A stretch of DNA of 64,000 bases, taken from assembly GCA_904063045.1 (NCBI GenBank), contig CAJFCJ010000001.1:2294001-2358000 (forward strand). The letters run 5' to 3'. Below the pieces are notes generated by a model. It saw nothing but the letters and a program-made list of their open reading frames with translations, was not told the DNA's origin and did not search any database. The stretch comes from Dimorphilus gyrociliatus. Its lineage: Eukaryota > Animalia > Annelida. Position numbers and translations under genes: made by a program. This document shows, one piece after another, positions 23,163 through 37,435 of this stretch (its first letter is position 1; every line of letters starts with the position of its first letter).

Positions 23163-24101
23163 CTAACTAGAATACTGATGAATATCTGGCTTAGTTTTAA
23201 TCTTTTGAGTACCAACATTACCAACTCTCATTGTAGTTAAACTATCTAGTTGGCCATGATCGTCTAAATAAGCTGCTAGTAAACCTTGTCGAATTTCAGT
23301 GCTTTCCTGTACCGGTTGGGAGCAGGTTGTTGTGTCGATATTTTCTGTAGATTTTTTTAAAAAGTCACCCCTTTCACCTTCGTAGTATTTGTCACCATAG
23401 CGATTTCTCAAGTCTTTGTAAACGTCTTCCCATTCAGAACTATTAGAATTTACAGATCCTTCTCTCGATTTCGGTTTAGATACTGTAAACGCTTCTGACT
23501 TTGGCTTTCTCGTACAAGTCATTTGCAACCATTTATCGCAAGTCACCAAATCTCCAACGTTTTCTTGCCTTGCTCGTAAGATGTCAGTTAATGAGAAAAT
23601 ATCTTTTCCAGTCTGTTCAATGAGATTATTTATTGCATTAAATTCTAAGGATAGTACCAATGCATCAAAAGCAACTTCAGCAATATCTTCGGTTAAGGGC
23701 CTATAGTCTAAAACTAGCATATTATGGTCTATTCCTTTTTTATAGCCCATTCTTTTAAAAAATTCTTCCCAGCAATCACCAATTACAGATACAATATTGA
23801 GTTGAAAGAAACCGTTATAAATTTTTATCTCCTCGAAATCGCGAAAGCTTGGACGTTGTAACAATCTAATGGCGTATTGCTCTATATAAGAAAGAGCCTT
23901 TTCAACTTTGGTTGGTGACAATTTGCTATTAAATTCCAACTGTCTGAATACGTCCAGAGAAAATCGACTTAGGCGACCACTTAAGATGGTAGTCCGAGCA
24001 AATTGCTTATAATTTCTTATTAAAATTTCCCGATAGTTTGTCTGATATTGAGAAGAATCGCCACAAACGTAATCAATATACTTCGCTTTGATTACATTCA
24101 T
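23163..24101 (-). CDS. SPATA2: SPATA2-like PUB-domain protein (CYLD adaptor family)
   Basis: PUB-like motifs IEQYAIRLLQRP..F..IKIYNGFF, FKRMGY and VAFDALV. Single coding exon of 312 aa. Confidence 0.72.
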   Translation of the reverse strand: MNVIKAKYIDYVCGDSSQYQTNYREILIRNYKQFARTTILSGRLSRFSLDVFRQLEFNSKLSPTKVEKALSYIEQYAIRLLQRPSFRDFEEIKIYNGFFQLNIVSVIGDCWEEFFKRMGYKKGIDHNMLVLDYRPLTEDIAEVAFDALVLSLEFNAINNLIEQTGKDIFSLTDILRARQENVGDLVTCDKWLQMTCTRKPKSEAFTVSKPKSREGSVNSNSSEWEDVYKDLRNRYGDKYYEGERGDFLKKSTENIDTTTCSQPVQESTEIRQGLLAAYLDDHGQLDSLTTMRVGNVGTQKIKTKPDIHQYSS

Positions 24102-25138
24102 CTTTACCGATTGCCTTAAAATAGATGGGCTTTTCCTAAAAAAAATCAGTTCAAATGTTTATGTAGACGCCATGTTGTCACGTGATATTTATGTTCTAAT
24201 GTGGTTTTTATTCAGTATATCTTGGTAAACGTCAAAATTTAGTCAGGTTTTCCGCCTTTAATAAATTGCATATATATAAAATTTGTATATATATTTATAC
24301 ACGAAAAGAGAGGAAATTAATTAAAATTCCCCCTTTGTAAGGCCTCCATTTAATTTATTACTATAAAAAATAATTTTATAAAAAGAGAGGGATATATGAA
24401 GAAAAGAGTAAACAAAAGCCTCTCTGATAAAAGTTTTTAATGATGTGAGAAGAGAGAAAGAGAGTATTAAATTTAGAATTTATTTTAGACACTATACATA
24501 AATTTTGTTTAAAAGAGAGATAAATGCATATAAAGTACGTATTACGGTGGGTTGTAACTCGTGGGACAGCGAGAGAATATACTTGATGGAAATCTAAAGT
24601 CACTACTAATCAACATTTCATTAGTAGGAAAAAAATGGTTAGCTTGCTAATAGTAAGCAAACTTATTAAGCATCAGAATGACACGACAGACGAAGTTAAT
24701 TTCTAAATCAATAATTTGGCAACTAAACTAATAGTTATTGGAAAAGAAATATGCTTTCCTTTATTTCTACAAGCCAAGAAACTATTCCAACTAGTTTTTC
24801 AAACTAAGAGAGTAGCATCAGAAAAGACTGGAGGCGCTTCTTGCAAAATCAATCAGGAGTAATATATACATGTATATATATATACATTTGGCTCGATGTT
24901 TAACGTCTTCGTTGTTTGTAAAACTATAAAAATCTACTGTTGTCATGCATAGAAAGACAAACTACTGTACATACTAACAAAAACTGTAATTGCTCTGTTT
25001 CATGACGAGGTTTTCAAAATGTATTTGTTTTCTGTCTAACTTGTTTTTATATCATGCATCAACACGAACAAGAAAATGCTAGCCAAGGATAAAAAAAATT
25101 AGAACATGCATTATTTTCGTTAACTGTAATTCTTTTCT

Positions 25139-28100
25139 TCATGGGATCGCCTCGTTAAGGAACTTGAAAACGTCTACCAGCTCCTGTAAAAGTGATATAT
25201 GTAAGTATGTATATTATTTATAATTATTTAGGTATTTTCCCTTCATAGCTCGTCATTGCTATAATTTTTTAACGTTAGCAAAAATTCTATTTTTACACGT
25301 ACTATATTTATTTTGAAGACGACACTAGCAGTGACGTATTTACCTAAATATTTCATTTCTGTTATTTCTACTCTCCCTCAAAGGACTTTACCTTAAAGTG
25401 TTCGTTCTTGGAGGTTTAGAGATACACTATTTGCCAAATAATTCAGTTTTATAGATTTTATTATTTTAGTAATGGGGAATAAATGTTTGTGTTAAGAAAG
25501 AGAACGTAGTGCTTTTTTTTCGGTATTATAAGTTATTAAAAAAATTCTATGGCTTAAAAAGGAAAGAAACAATTCCTTCGTATAGTCAAAAGAATTATTT
25601 CTTTTTTAGTTCAACATATTCTTTATCATTTAGTTTTTATAAACTGAAATCTATAGATATTACATAATAGGTGTAAGAAAAATAGGTGAAAGAAAAATAA
25701 TTAGCTCCATATAAGGTAGGAGTAATATAGTAGGAATGTGTAATTATTCGAACAGAAAATAGAAAGGAGGAGAAAAAATTCATTATATCTGATGAAGATT
25801 TTTTTCTTTCATTAGAAGGTTAATTACGTCACTAAAACAACTGCTTTACGTATTGCTAATAAACTAAAATATTTGATTCCTTTAGCTATGTAAGCTGCTA
25901 GAGAAGAATGTGAAAAAAGGAGGCTAATAATAAGCCGATAAAGCTAGAGGCGTAGGAAATTTTTTCATCCGTTAAATCAGATTCTGTTTGTTACAAATTA
26001 GCAGTCTATGGTATATAAGGGAAAACCGTAATAAGATGTTTATGACTTTAGACCTCTTCACCCTATCCCAATTAAAGTAAAAATACATGTTGAATTATGT
26101 AATATGAGGATCTTTAAATACAAAAAATTGAAAGATGTTTTCCGAAGGCTCCATTCAGAATTTACATAAAGTAATCATCTATACGTTAGTGAAACTATTT
26201 TGGTATTCATGACGCAATAAGGCCGATAGCAATTTTCGACGATGAAAATTGATAATATCAATAAGGTAACTTATACACAAGCGAAGGTATAAATTACTTG
26301 AAAGGATAAAATGCATTTCAGATTATAAACAGAAGCTCTGTAAATACAGTATGTACAGTACTCATAGTGGAAATTATACGTGAATTTAGTTTTTATTTAA
26401 TAGTAGAAAATGATTAAAGTAAGACTTTTTTTTCTATATTTAGCCGCAAAAGTGTTAATATTCACTATAGCCATTACTGAATCTCTATAAAATAGGCACT
26501 ATAAAATATCCGGTTAACTAAAGTGTAAGTAAATGAATATGAATTTGGACATCTGCAGGGGCTATATTATTCAAAGTGAAAAGAAAAAAACCCTTTCTAG
26601 AGACTTTTTTTGTGTTTGGCCAAAATTAGTTACACTAGCGTCAAAAAAATTCTCTTGTATAATTGTGTAAAACGTACTCAAGTGATTATTAATTGCTGTT
26701 AAAACAGTTGCCTTTTTGTTTGTTTTGCAATTTTAGTTAAAGAGAGCTTTTTAGCTAAAAGAGAAGTCTGGCTGTTTTCAACTGAATAAAGCCATCATAA
26801 TAGGATTAACAGTCGAGTTAATGCATTAAGAGAAAGGAAGAAATATATACAAACCTCATCACAGGAACTGTGCGCAAGGTTTTCATATTGCTTAAACGTG
26901 AAGTTGGGACAATTAGCTTTCAATATTTCTGAGGTTCTTACACCTATAAAAAATTGTACAACTGGATCCACTTGGCCATGACATTGCAAAATTTTTAGAG
27001 CTTTGTTTTCACTTTGGTTTATTAGTTCAGGAAGGGTCTTATGAGAAGGCATCCAAGTTGACAAGGCCAAAAGACCTCCTAATTTAGATCCGCCAGAAGT
27101 GAAGGCTGTATATAAGGCTACAGCTCCTCCCTGTGAGAAACCGCCGATAACTATACGACTTCTTGGTATGCCTCGCTTTTCCTCATCAGATATTAACTGG
27201 GCTAACTTCTGAGCAGATTGTTTTACGCCTTGTTCATCCTCAGGCGAATCTGGCGCCAAACCGTATATATCGAACCATGAGGGCATCGGCATACCTCCAT
27301 TTAGAGTAACAGGGGCTATAGGTGCCGTTGGGAAAACGTAACGAACGTGCGGTTTCTTCTTCATGCGAAATAGTTGAGACCAGCCTTCTCTATTTGAGAG
27401 AAAAAAAATCGTATTTAGAAGTTAGGATTTCCAATAAATTAAAACCAGACATTCACATAAAGCACGGTATTGGTTAGTTCTTTATCAATAATAATGGACC
27501 CTTTTAAAGCTTTCTTGTGCAGGGACTATATCTTAATCAGACAGCCTAGAAAGGTTTTAATAAGAGTAAATGAAAGAAACCCGGTGAATTTACATGCAGT
27601 CAGAAGTATCTTCTTAAGAAAATTCGTTTGTAGTAAAAATCTGATTACGAATTTTAATTAATCATAACGTTTTATTAATATGTACGATTTCCCAATATTT
27701 TCCCTCTTTTTAAATCAATGGCAAGCACATTGCAAGCATTTGTTATAACCAAAAGAGTGATAAAAAAAATAGACTTTTCTGTTTTTTTATACAAATATAT
27801 GACAGTAGAGAAAATGGAAGAAAATTTTTAAGAAAAACATTGACACTTTGACAAGCTTTCACTATCTCGACATATTTGCTGTCTATATTTATCATTCATA
27901 AAATACTTATCGGCATCGTAATTTTACTGTTTGCAGAAATATAAGTATTTCATAACGCCAAACTAGAGGCGTTTAAATACCTATTATTACGCTTATACCT
28001 GCATATTATTTTTCTGTTTGCATTAATGGAAAACGAATAATATGTTAGAGTGAAATGATACAAATTTTCTGGACTGAAAATTTACGAACATTATAGTGCA

Positions 28101-31100
28101 GAGAAACATTTTCAATTAGCCTCACCCCTCTTTAAGGTTTAAAGCGTTGATAAAACGTTGTTTTGTCTGATATTTTTAGCTTGATTCTTTCAAGCATGAT
28201 ATACCAACTTAAAATTACTCCTGTTATATTTATTAGCCAAGAATTTTATTGTTTTGTATAAAATAGAAAGTGAAATTTAAAAAATATTAAAATCAATGTG
28301 GTATTATTATATTATTATTTATCAAGCTATTTCTTAATTATACTAGAAAATTCTATATCTCTTCTATAGACAGTATCACTATGGTACATAAAAAAATTAG
28401 CATCAATTTTACTTGAGGAATTATTTTAATGAAACATTTTATTTTGGAATGATTCAATTAATACGAGTGCAGTATAAATTTAAGGCCACGCTTAGTACAT
28501 CGTTAATCACAGTTAAATTGAGCTAATCTATTCGTAGTTTCTATATTCTGTTAAATTAATTTTTTCAGTTAACAGTTTTATGCTTTTACCGGTAAATTTC
28601 AGAGAATTATAGTGTTTTCCCCAGAAAAGAAATGATACAAGTCGATATTTTAGGCAAAGAAAAAAAAAGCTAGGAAAATCGTTAATTAGCTGTTAGAAAA
28701 TGGAAAAAAAAGACGAACAAAACGCTTTCTCGGGTAGGGGATATAACTCTTTCCTGAAAGGTAAAATTGGTTAGAAAGGAGGATGTATTAGAAAAAGTAT
28801 AAGTTTATATTGAGCCTAAAATGTCAGAATTAAGATGAAAGGGTACTTTTTATTTCATATATTGCACGCAAACATCGCGTAATCAGCGAATTTAGGTTAG
28901 ACTGTTTGCAACAGTGATAATTTAAAAAAAATTGTTTATTTTTTATAATAAATTTACTGTATTAAATACCAGGTTAATGAATTTAATAGTTCTATTTATA
29001 CACTATTGTACGTATTTAAAATTATTAATTATTCCAGTATTATATATAGTATTTAGTATTCTAGAAAATTACGAATATAATTAATATACCTGGTTACAAA
29101 AATATATTTAAAAAAGAAATTGAATAATCGATAGTTTTAGAAATTACAAAGACTGCGTTTGTTTTATTATTCCTACTCCAAGGTTGTCTGAGAAAGAGTT
29201 AAGCAGATAAAAACTATTTTTTAAACTGATATTGCACCTAAAAATATCGCATTTTACGATGAATTGTTACAATAATTAAAAAGAAAATAGAGACGAATGA
29301 GATATATATATATATATATATATATGTACTGCATATATACAGTATATAAATTTATATATATACTATATAAAAGAAAGAAAAAATATAATGAAACAGCAGT
29401 AGTACTGTTCCTCTCAGTATATTTTATTGGTTTTTCTCTGTTTTTTTCAGTTACCAATATATCTACACACTTCATTTAAAAGAATAATGCTGAAAATATT
29501 CACTTATTTCTTTCCTCTTTGGAAGTATAACAAAACGCAATCAACTTGGGAAAAATGGAAGAGAATATTTCTTTTTCCCTCTTAGTGTCGAAAGTATATT
29601 TAAACAATAAACGTTAATGTGATTAATTTGCTGTATTTATTCAGTTTCCTTAGGTTGTCTATTCGATTTGATAGATTTATAAAAATTCGTTATACAAAGA
29701 AAAAACATAATAAATAATTTATCTTATGATTTATTATTATTATTATTGTTTTCGCTTTTAGGATAAATTTAATTGATATTTTTTCTCCTACTTCAAAAAT
29801 ATAAAGGAAGTTATAAACAAATGGAAAATTCTGAGCATAAAACGTATAAAAAATATTAAACAATTCCAATCGGAGAATACAACGCATAAACATTTCGATG
29901 GCCTATGAAAGATGTGAGTTACTTATACAGTACTTACATTTTTTAATCAAGATGAGAGGTGTTACATTAACATAGAGAATTTGCGTATTTGTCAATACCC
30001 CTTTTAAATAATATAATAATTTATTGTAATTTAAACACTAAATGATCTTAGTAAATAGAGATTTTTAGATTTCTTCCATCCTACACGATTTCTTTGTGAG
30101 ACATATATGCTGTGATGGCCAAAACCGCGGATCAAATTATTGTTATTTTAGAGGATGCGACAGCTAATGTCGTTCATTCTTTAGGCATGATACCTTGAAG
30201 TATATCTGATAAATTACGGTAATTTGTGTAACGATTCGTAATAATGCAAAGGATAGATAAAAAACGGATATTTCGGATATTTTATCATAAGTAAAACATA
30301 GAACATTTACTGAAGTTTCCAAGAGAAATTATAGAATATCTAAAAATCGAATAGGTAAAGCTTTTAAGTAATTTCTTAGCAGAATTAGAGCGAAATAGGA
30401 GATAGAAACGTTAATCGACTTATAAGACCGCTATACATGACACAACGTGGATATATATCTCAATAAACCTATTAATAAATTTCACACCATTGTACTCTAT
30501 TGACTCTTGGTTTTATAACGGCTACAAGTAACAACCCTTAGATACGGAGGAGTAACGATTTTTTTTTCATATAAGGCGGCGTTTGACCAAGTGAGAAGAA
30601 TTAATAATTGATCAACTAGATAAAAATGAACGTATGTTATGAGCTATGAAATCTTTCCAATTGGGAACAAAAATTATTTCAGTTTAGTCTTACTAATCTG
30701 TACATTGACTGTTAAATGACAGCAAGATCTAATAAACATTACAAACGATTAGCGTCTGAGTTAATGAAATAGTTTAACAAGATTTGACAGTGGTAATTAG
30801 TTAGGTAAGATGCATTTACATATTTCAAGGTGACTGATTATATATATATATGAATAAACAATAGAAAGGAATAGTTTGATTAATAGTACAACGTTATCTT
30901 TCTTAATTCTTATCGTTTATATTAAGGTTTATCTTTTAATGTATAGATACAAATAGCTACTTACCCAGTATCACCCAAACCATGAAGAAAGATTAGCTGT
31001 TCGAATAAGAATGTTATTAGTGTTAAAGACACTAATTTAATAAGAAAAAGTAAAGTAGAAACATACAGAAGCTGTGTGCTGACCACTCGGTTCCACGATG

Positions 31101-31384
31101 TAAGTGGACATATTTTTCGAGGACGAACTTAGTCCCATAAAACGTCCAAAACCTGTTAGCAGAAAACATAGAAAGATACAATATATGTTCATTTTTATCG
31201 ATAAATAAAAAAAATCTCCAAAATCAATGAGGTAATAGGTTTGAGAAAAATATTTTTACGTCAAAGAACCTCACGAAATTTGGATTGATAATTGTCGCAT
31301 TTTCAAGCTTTTCAATTGCATATTTATTATCTTACCCGTTGAATATAAGAGCGTTCTATAGGAACGATTTACAGTTTTTAACAT
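25139..31384 (-). CDS. LYPLA1: Acyl-protein thioesterase / lysophospholipase; exons 31384-31336, 31152-31067, 30996-30965, 27389-26855, 25183-25139
   Basis: LIFLHGLGDTG micro-exon, catalytic GGFSQGG, CHGQVDPVV (Asp), HSSCDE (His), and final exon ELVDVFKFLNEAIP*. Splice phases match. LYPLA1 and LYPLA2 cannot be distinguished here. Confidence 0.88.
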
Positions 31385-32082
31385 ACAATAGACGGCTAAG
31401 CGTTCGCCTTTTGCGACGTTATCTTGGGTAAAGATGTAGAATGTCGATATAGGTAGGTCTAAAATTAACACGGAAGAACACTTTAACAAAAAACACTGTT
31501 TATTGGGGTGTTACTAACTCAATGTGTAATATTTTGAAAAATTGTGAATATAATTTAAAATTGACGTCTTATTTTATACAATAAACAATTTATTTATAAA
31601 TCAATAAAAGCATATAAAACGTTTAAATAAAACAAAATAAAGAAAAGCGCCTTAGCTCTGTTCTCAAAATGTCTGTTGGAAGTAGAAACAAAACATGCAA
31701 ACGCCTCGAATAAAAAAGCTATAACGTTTATAATAGATTCTATAAATATCATTTAAAATCTAAATAATAAAAAAGAGGACAAAAATATAAAAAGAAAAAG
31801 GAGGGAAAGAGGAAGGAAGGAAAGACATTCTACTTTCTCTCGTTTCTGTCTAAGTTTATTAAACTAAATAAACGTACAAACTATGTTTAAAGGAGCTGTT
31901 TAAAACATGAAACCTTTTAAGATGTTTAGAAATTTTCTTTTTATTTCAGACCTTCAAATATTATCATTATATATATATACTGTATACCATATATTTTATT
32001 ACATAGAGGATTAAATAAATCAATTAGCTAATGTAAACAATTTTTAAATAAGCTCATAGTTAACTATAAATTATATTATATT

Positions 32083-32084
<2 letters not shown>

Positions 32085-32120
<36 letters not shown>
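32085..32120. repeat. (TA)n microsatellite
   Basis: Uninterrupted TA dinucleotide run of about 18 units. Confidence 0.9.
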
Positions 32121-32124
<4 letters not shown>

Positions 32125-34946
32125 TATATGTATAATTTATATAAAGTATATATATATATATATATATGGTAACAATGTATATATATTTTAACAATAAACT
32201 CTAATACTACAAAAGATTAATTATAGGTTATTGTTTGTTAAGGGGCTATTGTCTAATAGCTAGTAACTTTGAGTAGAGATATTAGCAATACTTTAAACAG
32301 TAGCTGACAAACTATTGATTTTTTTTATTTTTGTATGAAAAAAAAATTCCATAGAATAAATATTAACACGCAGAATGTCAATAAATCGCATATATACACA
32401 ATATATATTCTATACAGTATAAAGTATATACATATACTGTATATAATAATAATAATAATAATAATAATAGATTGGACCTTTGCCTAACTTTTCTTGAGAA
32501 TTTTTTCTTTTACTATTTTATTTGTCATCAACTAGAAATAAATATACTGTATACACAATATACAGTATATATATATATATATATATATACATATATATTA
32601 GTGCATTATAATTAAAGGGAAACAGTATCATATATAATCTCTTATTATTACTTCATTTATTTGATTTTCTTTTAAAAAGAAATAACCGGATATGTATACA
32701 TATACATTTGTGTATAATAGAATTTCTTTCTATGTTTTAAGTATATATTATGTATCTAGTTGTATATTTTATGAATAGAAGATATCCTCCTTCTTATTCT
32801 CTTCCTTTTTTGAAATTTACTTGAAATATTCAAACATCTTTTAACACATTGTTTAAGCCTATTATTAAGAATTTATTTCTATTATAATGTAAAAATAAAA
32901 AAATGTGTGCTATTAAATATAATTATTATAAATACTGTATATTTCAAGTATTATAAAGAAGAAATAATAACAAATATATTAAACTTATAACAGTATGTGC
33001 TTAGATAACAAGGGAAATAAAAACTTACTTGCTACGAACGTCGAAAGACAAACTAGATAGTAGAATGTTCTGCATTCTCAAAGCTCTCTAAAAAATCGAT
33101 CATCTATTTATAATTATTAGTATTCTTATTCATTATTCATGAAAAAATTCGAATGGTTTCTATCTTATTTCTATTATTTTTTTTAACCATTTTTTTTATA
33201 GATAAGTAAAGAAAAAGATCCAGTTTTAATTGATTCTAAAGCAAATATTTAAAAGGAATGAGTAGATCATTTTGACCAGTTATGCATATTGGCTTTATTT
33301 TCAATTCTTAATATGCTAAGCTAAATATACTTTAAATTTTTTGTCAGCATCCTATAGTTTATTCATTTTGTCTTTATCAATGCAATTGAACTAAGTAAAC
33401 TAATTTACATAAGAGACGATTAGGCTGTAGATAGCGAAGAGAAGAGAATTGAACTACTTAGTCATAATTTAACAGTAATCAATCTCTTTACTTGTTATTC
33501 ATTTTTTATTACTTATTAATTTCCTTATATCTAAAAAATAATTTGTAATTTACGAATAAATTTTATGAATATTCATTAAAATCATTTTTATTCTATATTT
33601 TCTTTATGAGTTGAAAGAGTTATTGATGATAATCTTGCCTTATTATAACCTAGTGTCAATTTAAAATATTTGAAAAACACCGTAAGGCAGAACTTTTCTT
33701 TCTTTTCTTTTTCTTTCTCTTTCTACCTCTCTCTCTTTCTCTCTCTCTATCCCTCTCAAAGTCAGATTAATTATCTTTAAAATAATATCGGAAGAAGGAG
33801 TGGTAATTCCTTTTCCCATTTTTCCCCATTATTTCTTAGGTTTAACTTTCCATAAATAAAAACTTTTAATTAAAAGAAACAAATTGATTACTGGTTTTTT
33901 TTTTCATCCAGCAATCCCATCCAATTTCTCTCTTCAACTCACCCACTCATTCGCTTGCTCTCTATGTCTCTCTTGCGCACACGCAACCTTTCCCCCTTTC
34001 TTTCCTATGCACTGCAACTAACTATCAACAAGCTTTTAGATAATAATTCCAAATTTATTTTTATACGGAAAACTTTTTAAAGATATTCTATTACATCTAT
34101 AATTTTTTGGCGGAAAACCAATTCTACAAGACAGCTTCTTCATCTGAATGCTAATTACAAATTTGTACATGACTAGAATATAATGTATAAATCAATTAAT
34201 CATTAATTAATCGATTTTTTAATATTGTTAACCATAATGTGTATTTGATTAAACAAGAGTAAAAACAACAGTAATAAAACATCGTTGAAAAGAGCTTGCT
34301 TTATCGAATAGAGAGGAAGAGCCTAGTTGTTCAATTAAGAAATTTTGTAAATATTTTGATTATTTAGAATCAATAGGAGGATGGAGAATTAAAAATGAAT
34401 AAGTAAGAAAATTATAAAGAGACATCTATCGATTATGTATGACAATTTATTTACAAGAAAAGTCAATGTACACTTAAGTTCTTTCCTATCGTATTTTTGA
34501 AATTATTCCTCATTAACTAATAAACTATTCAAATGAAGCTAAATAGAATTTTTCGTAAACATTTATCTATTCAAATCTAATTTATTGAAGATAAAGGGGT
34601 AATAAAAAGATCTTTGTAGGTTTATATTAATTCTTTGATAGATATTGTTCAAACAATCATAAACTTTAAACATTCTTTGATGTAAAAATATGAACATATA
34701 TACTTATTAATAATGAATAGACATACATATCTAAAGAAAATTTTTTTTATATCTCGTGCTATTGAAGTCTCCTCCCTCAGTTGTTAGTCAGTGTACCTCT
34801 CTTTTTAATAAAGAAATAAAAAAAAAGGCCTATTATCAATACAGAAGGTTCATATGTCTTTAACCGCCATGTTGAGTATTAAGGCTGAACGTAGACGAAT
34901 AACATGTTAAGAAGAAGGAGGAAAATTTGAATATGACAATCTACAA

Positions 34947-37435
34947 ATGTATCGTGCTTCAAGAGATAAATTCTTTCTTTCCTTTGGAATATTTGTCGGA
35001 TATCTAATCGGTGTCTTTATTCTCAATTTGTTTTGTACATTAAATTTCAAGACAAAGACAGTTCCAATTAAGCATGAACCTCTTAAACTGCCAAAACCAA
35101 ATAGAAAAACTTTATATGTTGGAGTTATGACAGCTGAAAAATTCTTAAATAATAGAGCAACATCTTGTAATTCGACATGGGCGAATCATTCAAAGGTAGG
35201 AAGATCATGAAAAGAAAATTCTATAAACCAGTCTATTATAAATATATAAATTTTATACGCACAATTTTTAAATATCTAAAAATTCTCTATTATGAATAGG
35301 TGGAAATTGAATTCTATTCTCAGGGAGGCTCAATCAAATCTCATGGATTATCTATTGTAAATCTAAAGGGAGTTAATGATAGCGATTATCCACCGCAAAG
35401 GAAAAGTTTTAGGATGCTTCAACACATATGTCGAAAGAAAATTAATGATTTTGATTGGTTTTTAAGAGCAGACGACGACGCCTTTTTTCAAATAGATAAA
35501 TTGTTATTATTTATAAATTCGTTGGATTCAGAACGTTTGGTTAGAATGTATTTTCTATTGAACGCTTTTGTCGCTATAACAATTGATATTAATAAAACAG
35601 ATATATTTAGGTCAGCCTGGATTGGGTACTGCAAAAAAAAAAGATAAATTAAATCTCGGCAACAGAGCCTATTGTATGGGTGGTCCCGGTGTCTTTTTTT
35701 CTAGGGCTCTACTACGTCAGATATGCCCTTACTTACAACTATGCCTTGAAGAAGTACAATCTGAACACGAGGATGTTGAAGTTGGTAGATGCGTGACAAG
35801 AGTTGCTAATGTTGAATGCTCACAAGCGAATGAAATGAGACAATTGTTTTATTTCAACTATTTTGAGAGATCTGGATCGTTTACTGACAATTTAGATAAT
35901 CATAAAAAGCATATTCTACCTTCCCTTTCGCTCCATCCAATTAAAAATTCAAGCTACATGTATAGAATGCATAATTTTCTTTTAGCGGAGAAAAGTCTAC
36001 AAATTCGCCATAAAATTCATAAATTGAAGGAAGAACTTAAAGGTAAATTAACATTTAGGTTAACTAGTTTAATATAATTAAAACTATATAGATGATTTAA
36101 ATGATGAATTGAAAAAGCCATTAATATGGACATCGTTCGACCATAGGACATTAACAACTACTAAACATAAAACACCTAAAAGAGGTGTACCTGTTTCTTG
36201 GAATTCAACAACAACAGAAGTATTAAGACAAGTATTTCAAATATTAAATGCAAATTCGTCAAGAAGATTATTCGAAGCTGAACTGATAAAATTAAGAAAT
36301 AGCTATATAAGAATTCATCATAAAAGAATTGATTATAGACTATTTATTTATTATAAAATATTACAAACTGGTAAATATATTAAAAGTAAGAATTTGGCAT
36401 TAAACTTTAAAAGAGATTTACATGATTTGGAATTCAAAGAGATTAGTAAAGAAAAACAACTATACAACTTTAATCAAATGATTAAATTATCCTTAAAAAA
36501 GTTGAAAGATCGTTTCACGAATATTATTAGTTTTAATAATAAGATTCAATTGATCAATTGCAGGAGAAAGGATAAAACTATAAATATTATACTTCCATTG
36601 GCTGGGAGATTTAAAATATTTCAAAGATTTATGACAGATCTATCTAAAAAAGTACTGATTTGTAAAGAAGAGATTTCATTAACTGTTATTTATCCAAAAA
36701 TGCAATACGATAAAGACAATTCAACAGATAAAGTTGTTCAATTAATTAACGACTATCAAACTGTATTTAATCATCATACTTTACGAGGTGTTTTAATTAA
36801 TTGATTAAGTATTTAACCTTTATTTAAGTATTTAAATTTCCTTTTGTTTTTTTTTCTTTCAAGTTATTCTTGTAGATAGAACGTTCAATCGTGCTTTTTA
36901 CCTGCAAACTGGTGCTGATATTATGAGTAAAAATGATTTTATGTGTTTTATGGACGTTGATTTGGTATTTGACGATAGTACTTTATGGCGTTTCTCACAG
37001 AATTCTAGGAGAAAAGAACCGTATTTTCCAATATTTTTTGCCGAATATAAGAAAAAGAAACCAACACCGGATAATGGCTATTGGAGAGATTCTAGTTTTG
37101 GTATGCTGTGTACATATAAAGAAGATTTTGATAATGTTGGGGGATTCAATCTTAGCATTGTTGATTGGGGAAAGGAAGATATAGATTTATACGATAGATT
37201 TGTAAAAGCAAACTATCAAACAATGAGATCTATTGATCCGGAATTGAAGCATATATTTCATCCTATAAAATGTGATATTGCGAATACTGAACAGAGAAAT
37301 ATGTGCTTAAAAGTCAAAGTTGAAACGATAACATCAACTCAACAATTGGCAAAGACAATTCTAACCGAATATGAAATTTATAATAGAATGACTAAAATTC
37401 ATACTTTATACAATACATCAACTCCAATGACCTAA
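34947..37435 (+). CDS. CHSY1: Chondroitin sulfate synthase; exons 34947-35195, 35300-35539, 35601-36042, 36092-36787, 36864-37435
   Basis: N-terminal TM anchor, LYVGVMTA, DYPPQRKSF, DWFLRADDD, YLGQPG, YCMGGPG, HEDVEVGRC, INIILPLAGR, FMDVDLVF and WGKEDIDLY. Confidence 0.88.

Noticed and set aside
24136-24168. Possible 33-nt intron giving SPATA2 an upstream ATG
   Set aside because: The donor is weak and the intron is shorter than any other here. The ATGGCG more likely belongs to a YY1 motif or the 5'UTR.
29254-29893. Short hydrophobic ORFs (also at 18793, 39512-40340, 47450, 61157, 62764)
   Set aside because: They are low-complexity AT-rich or microsatellite translations (Y/I/F-rich) with no splice context or motifs.
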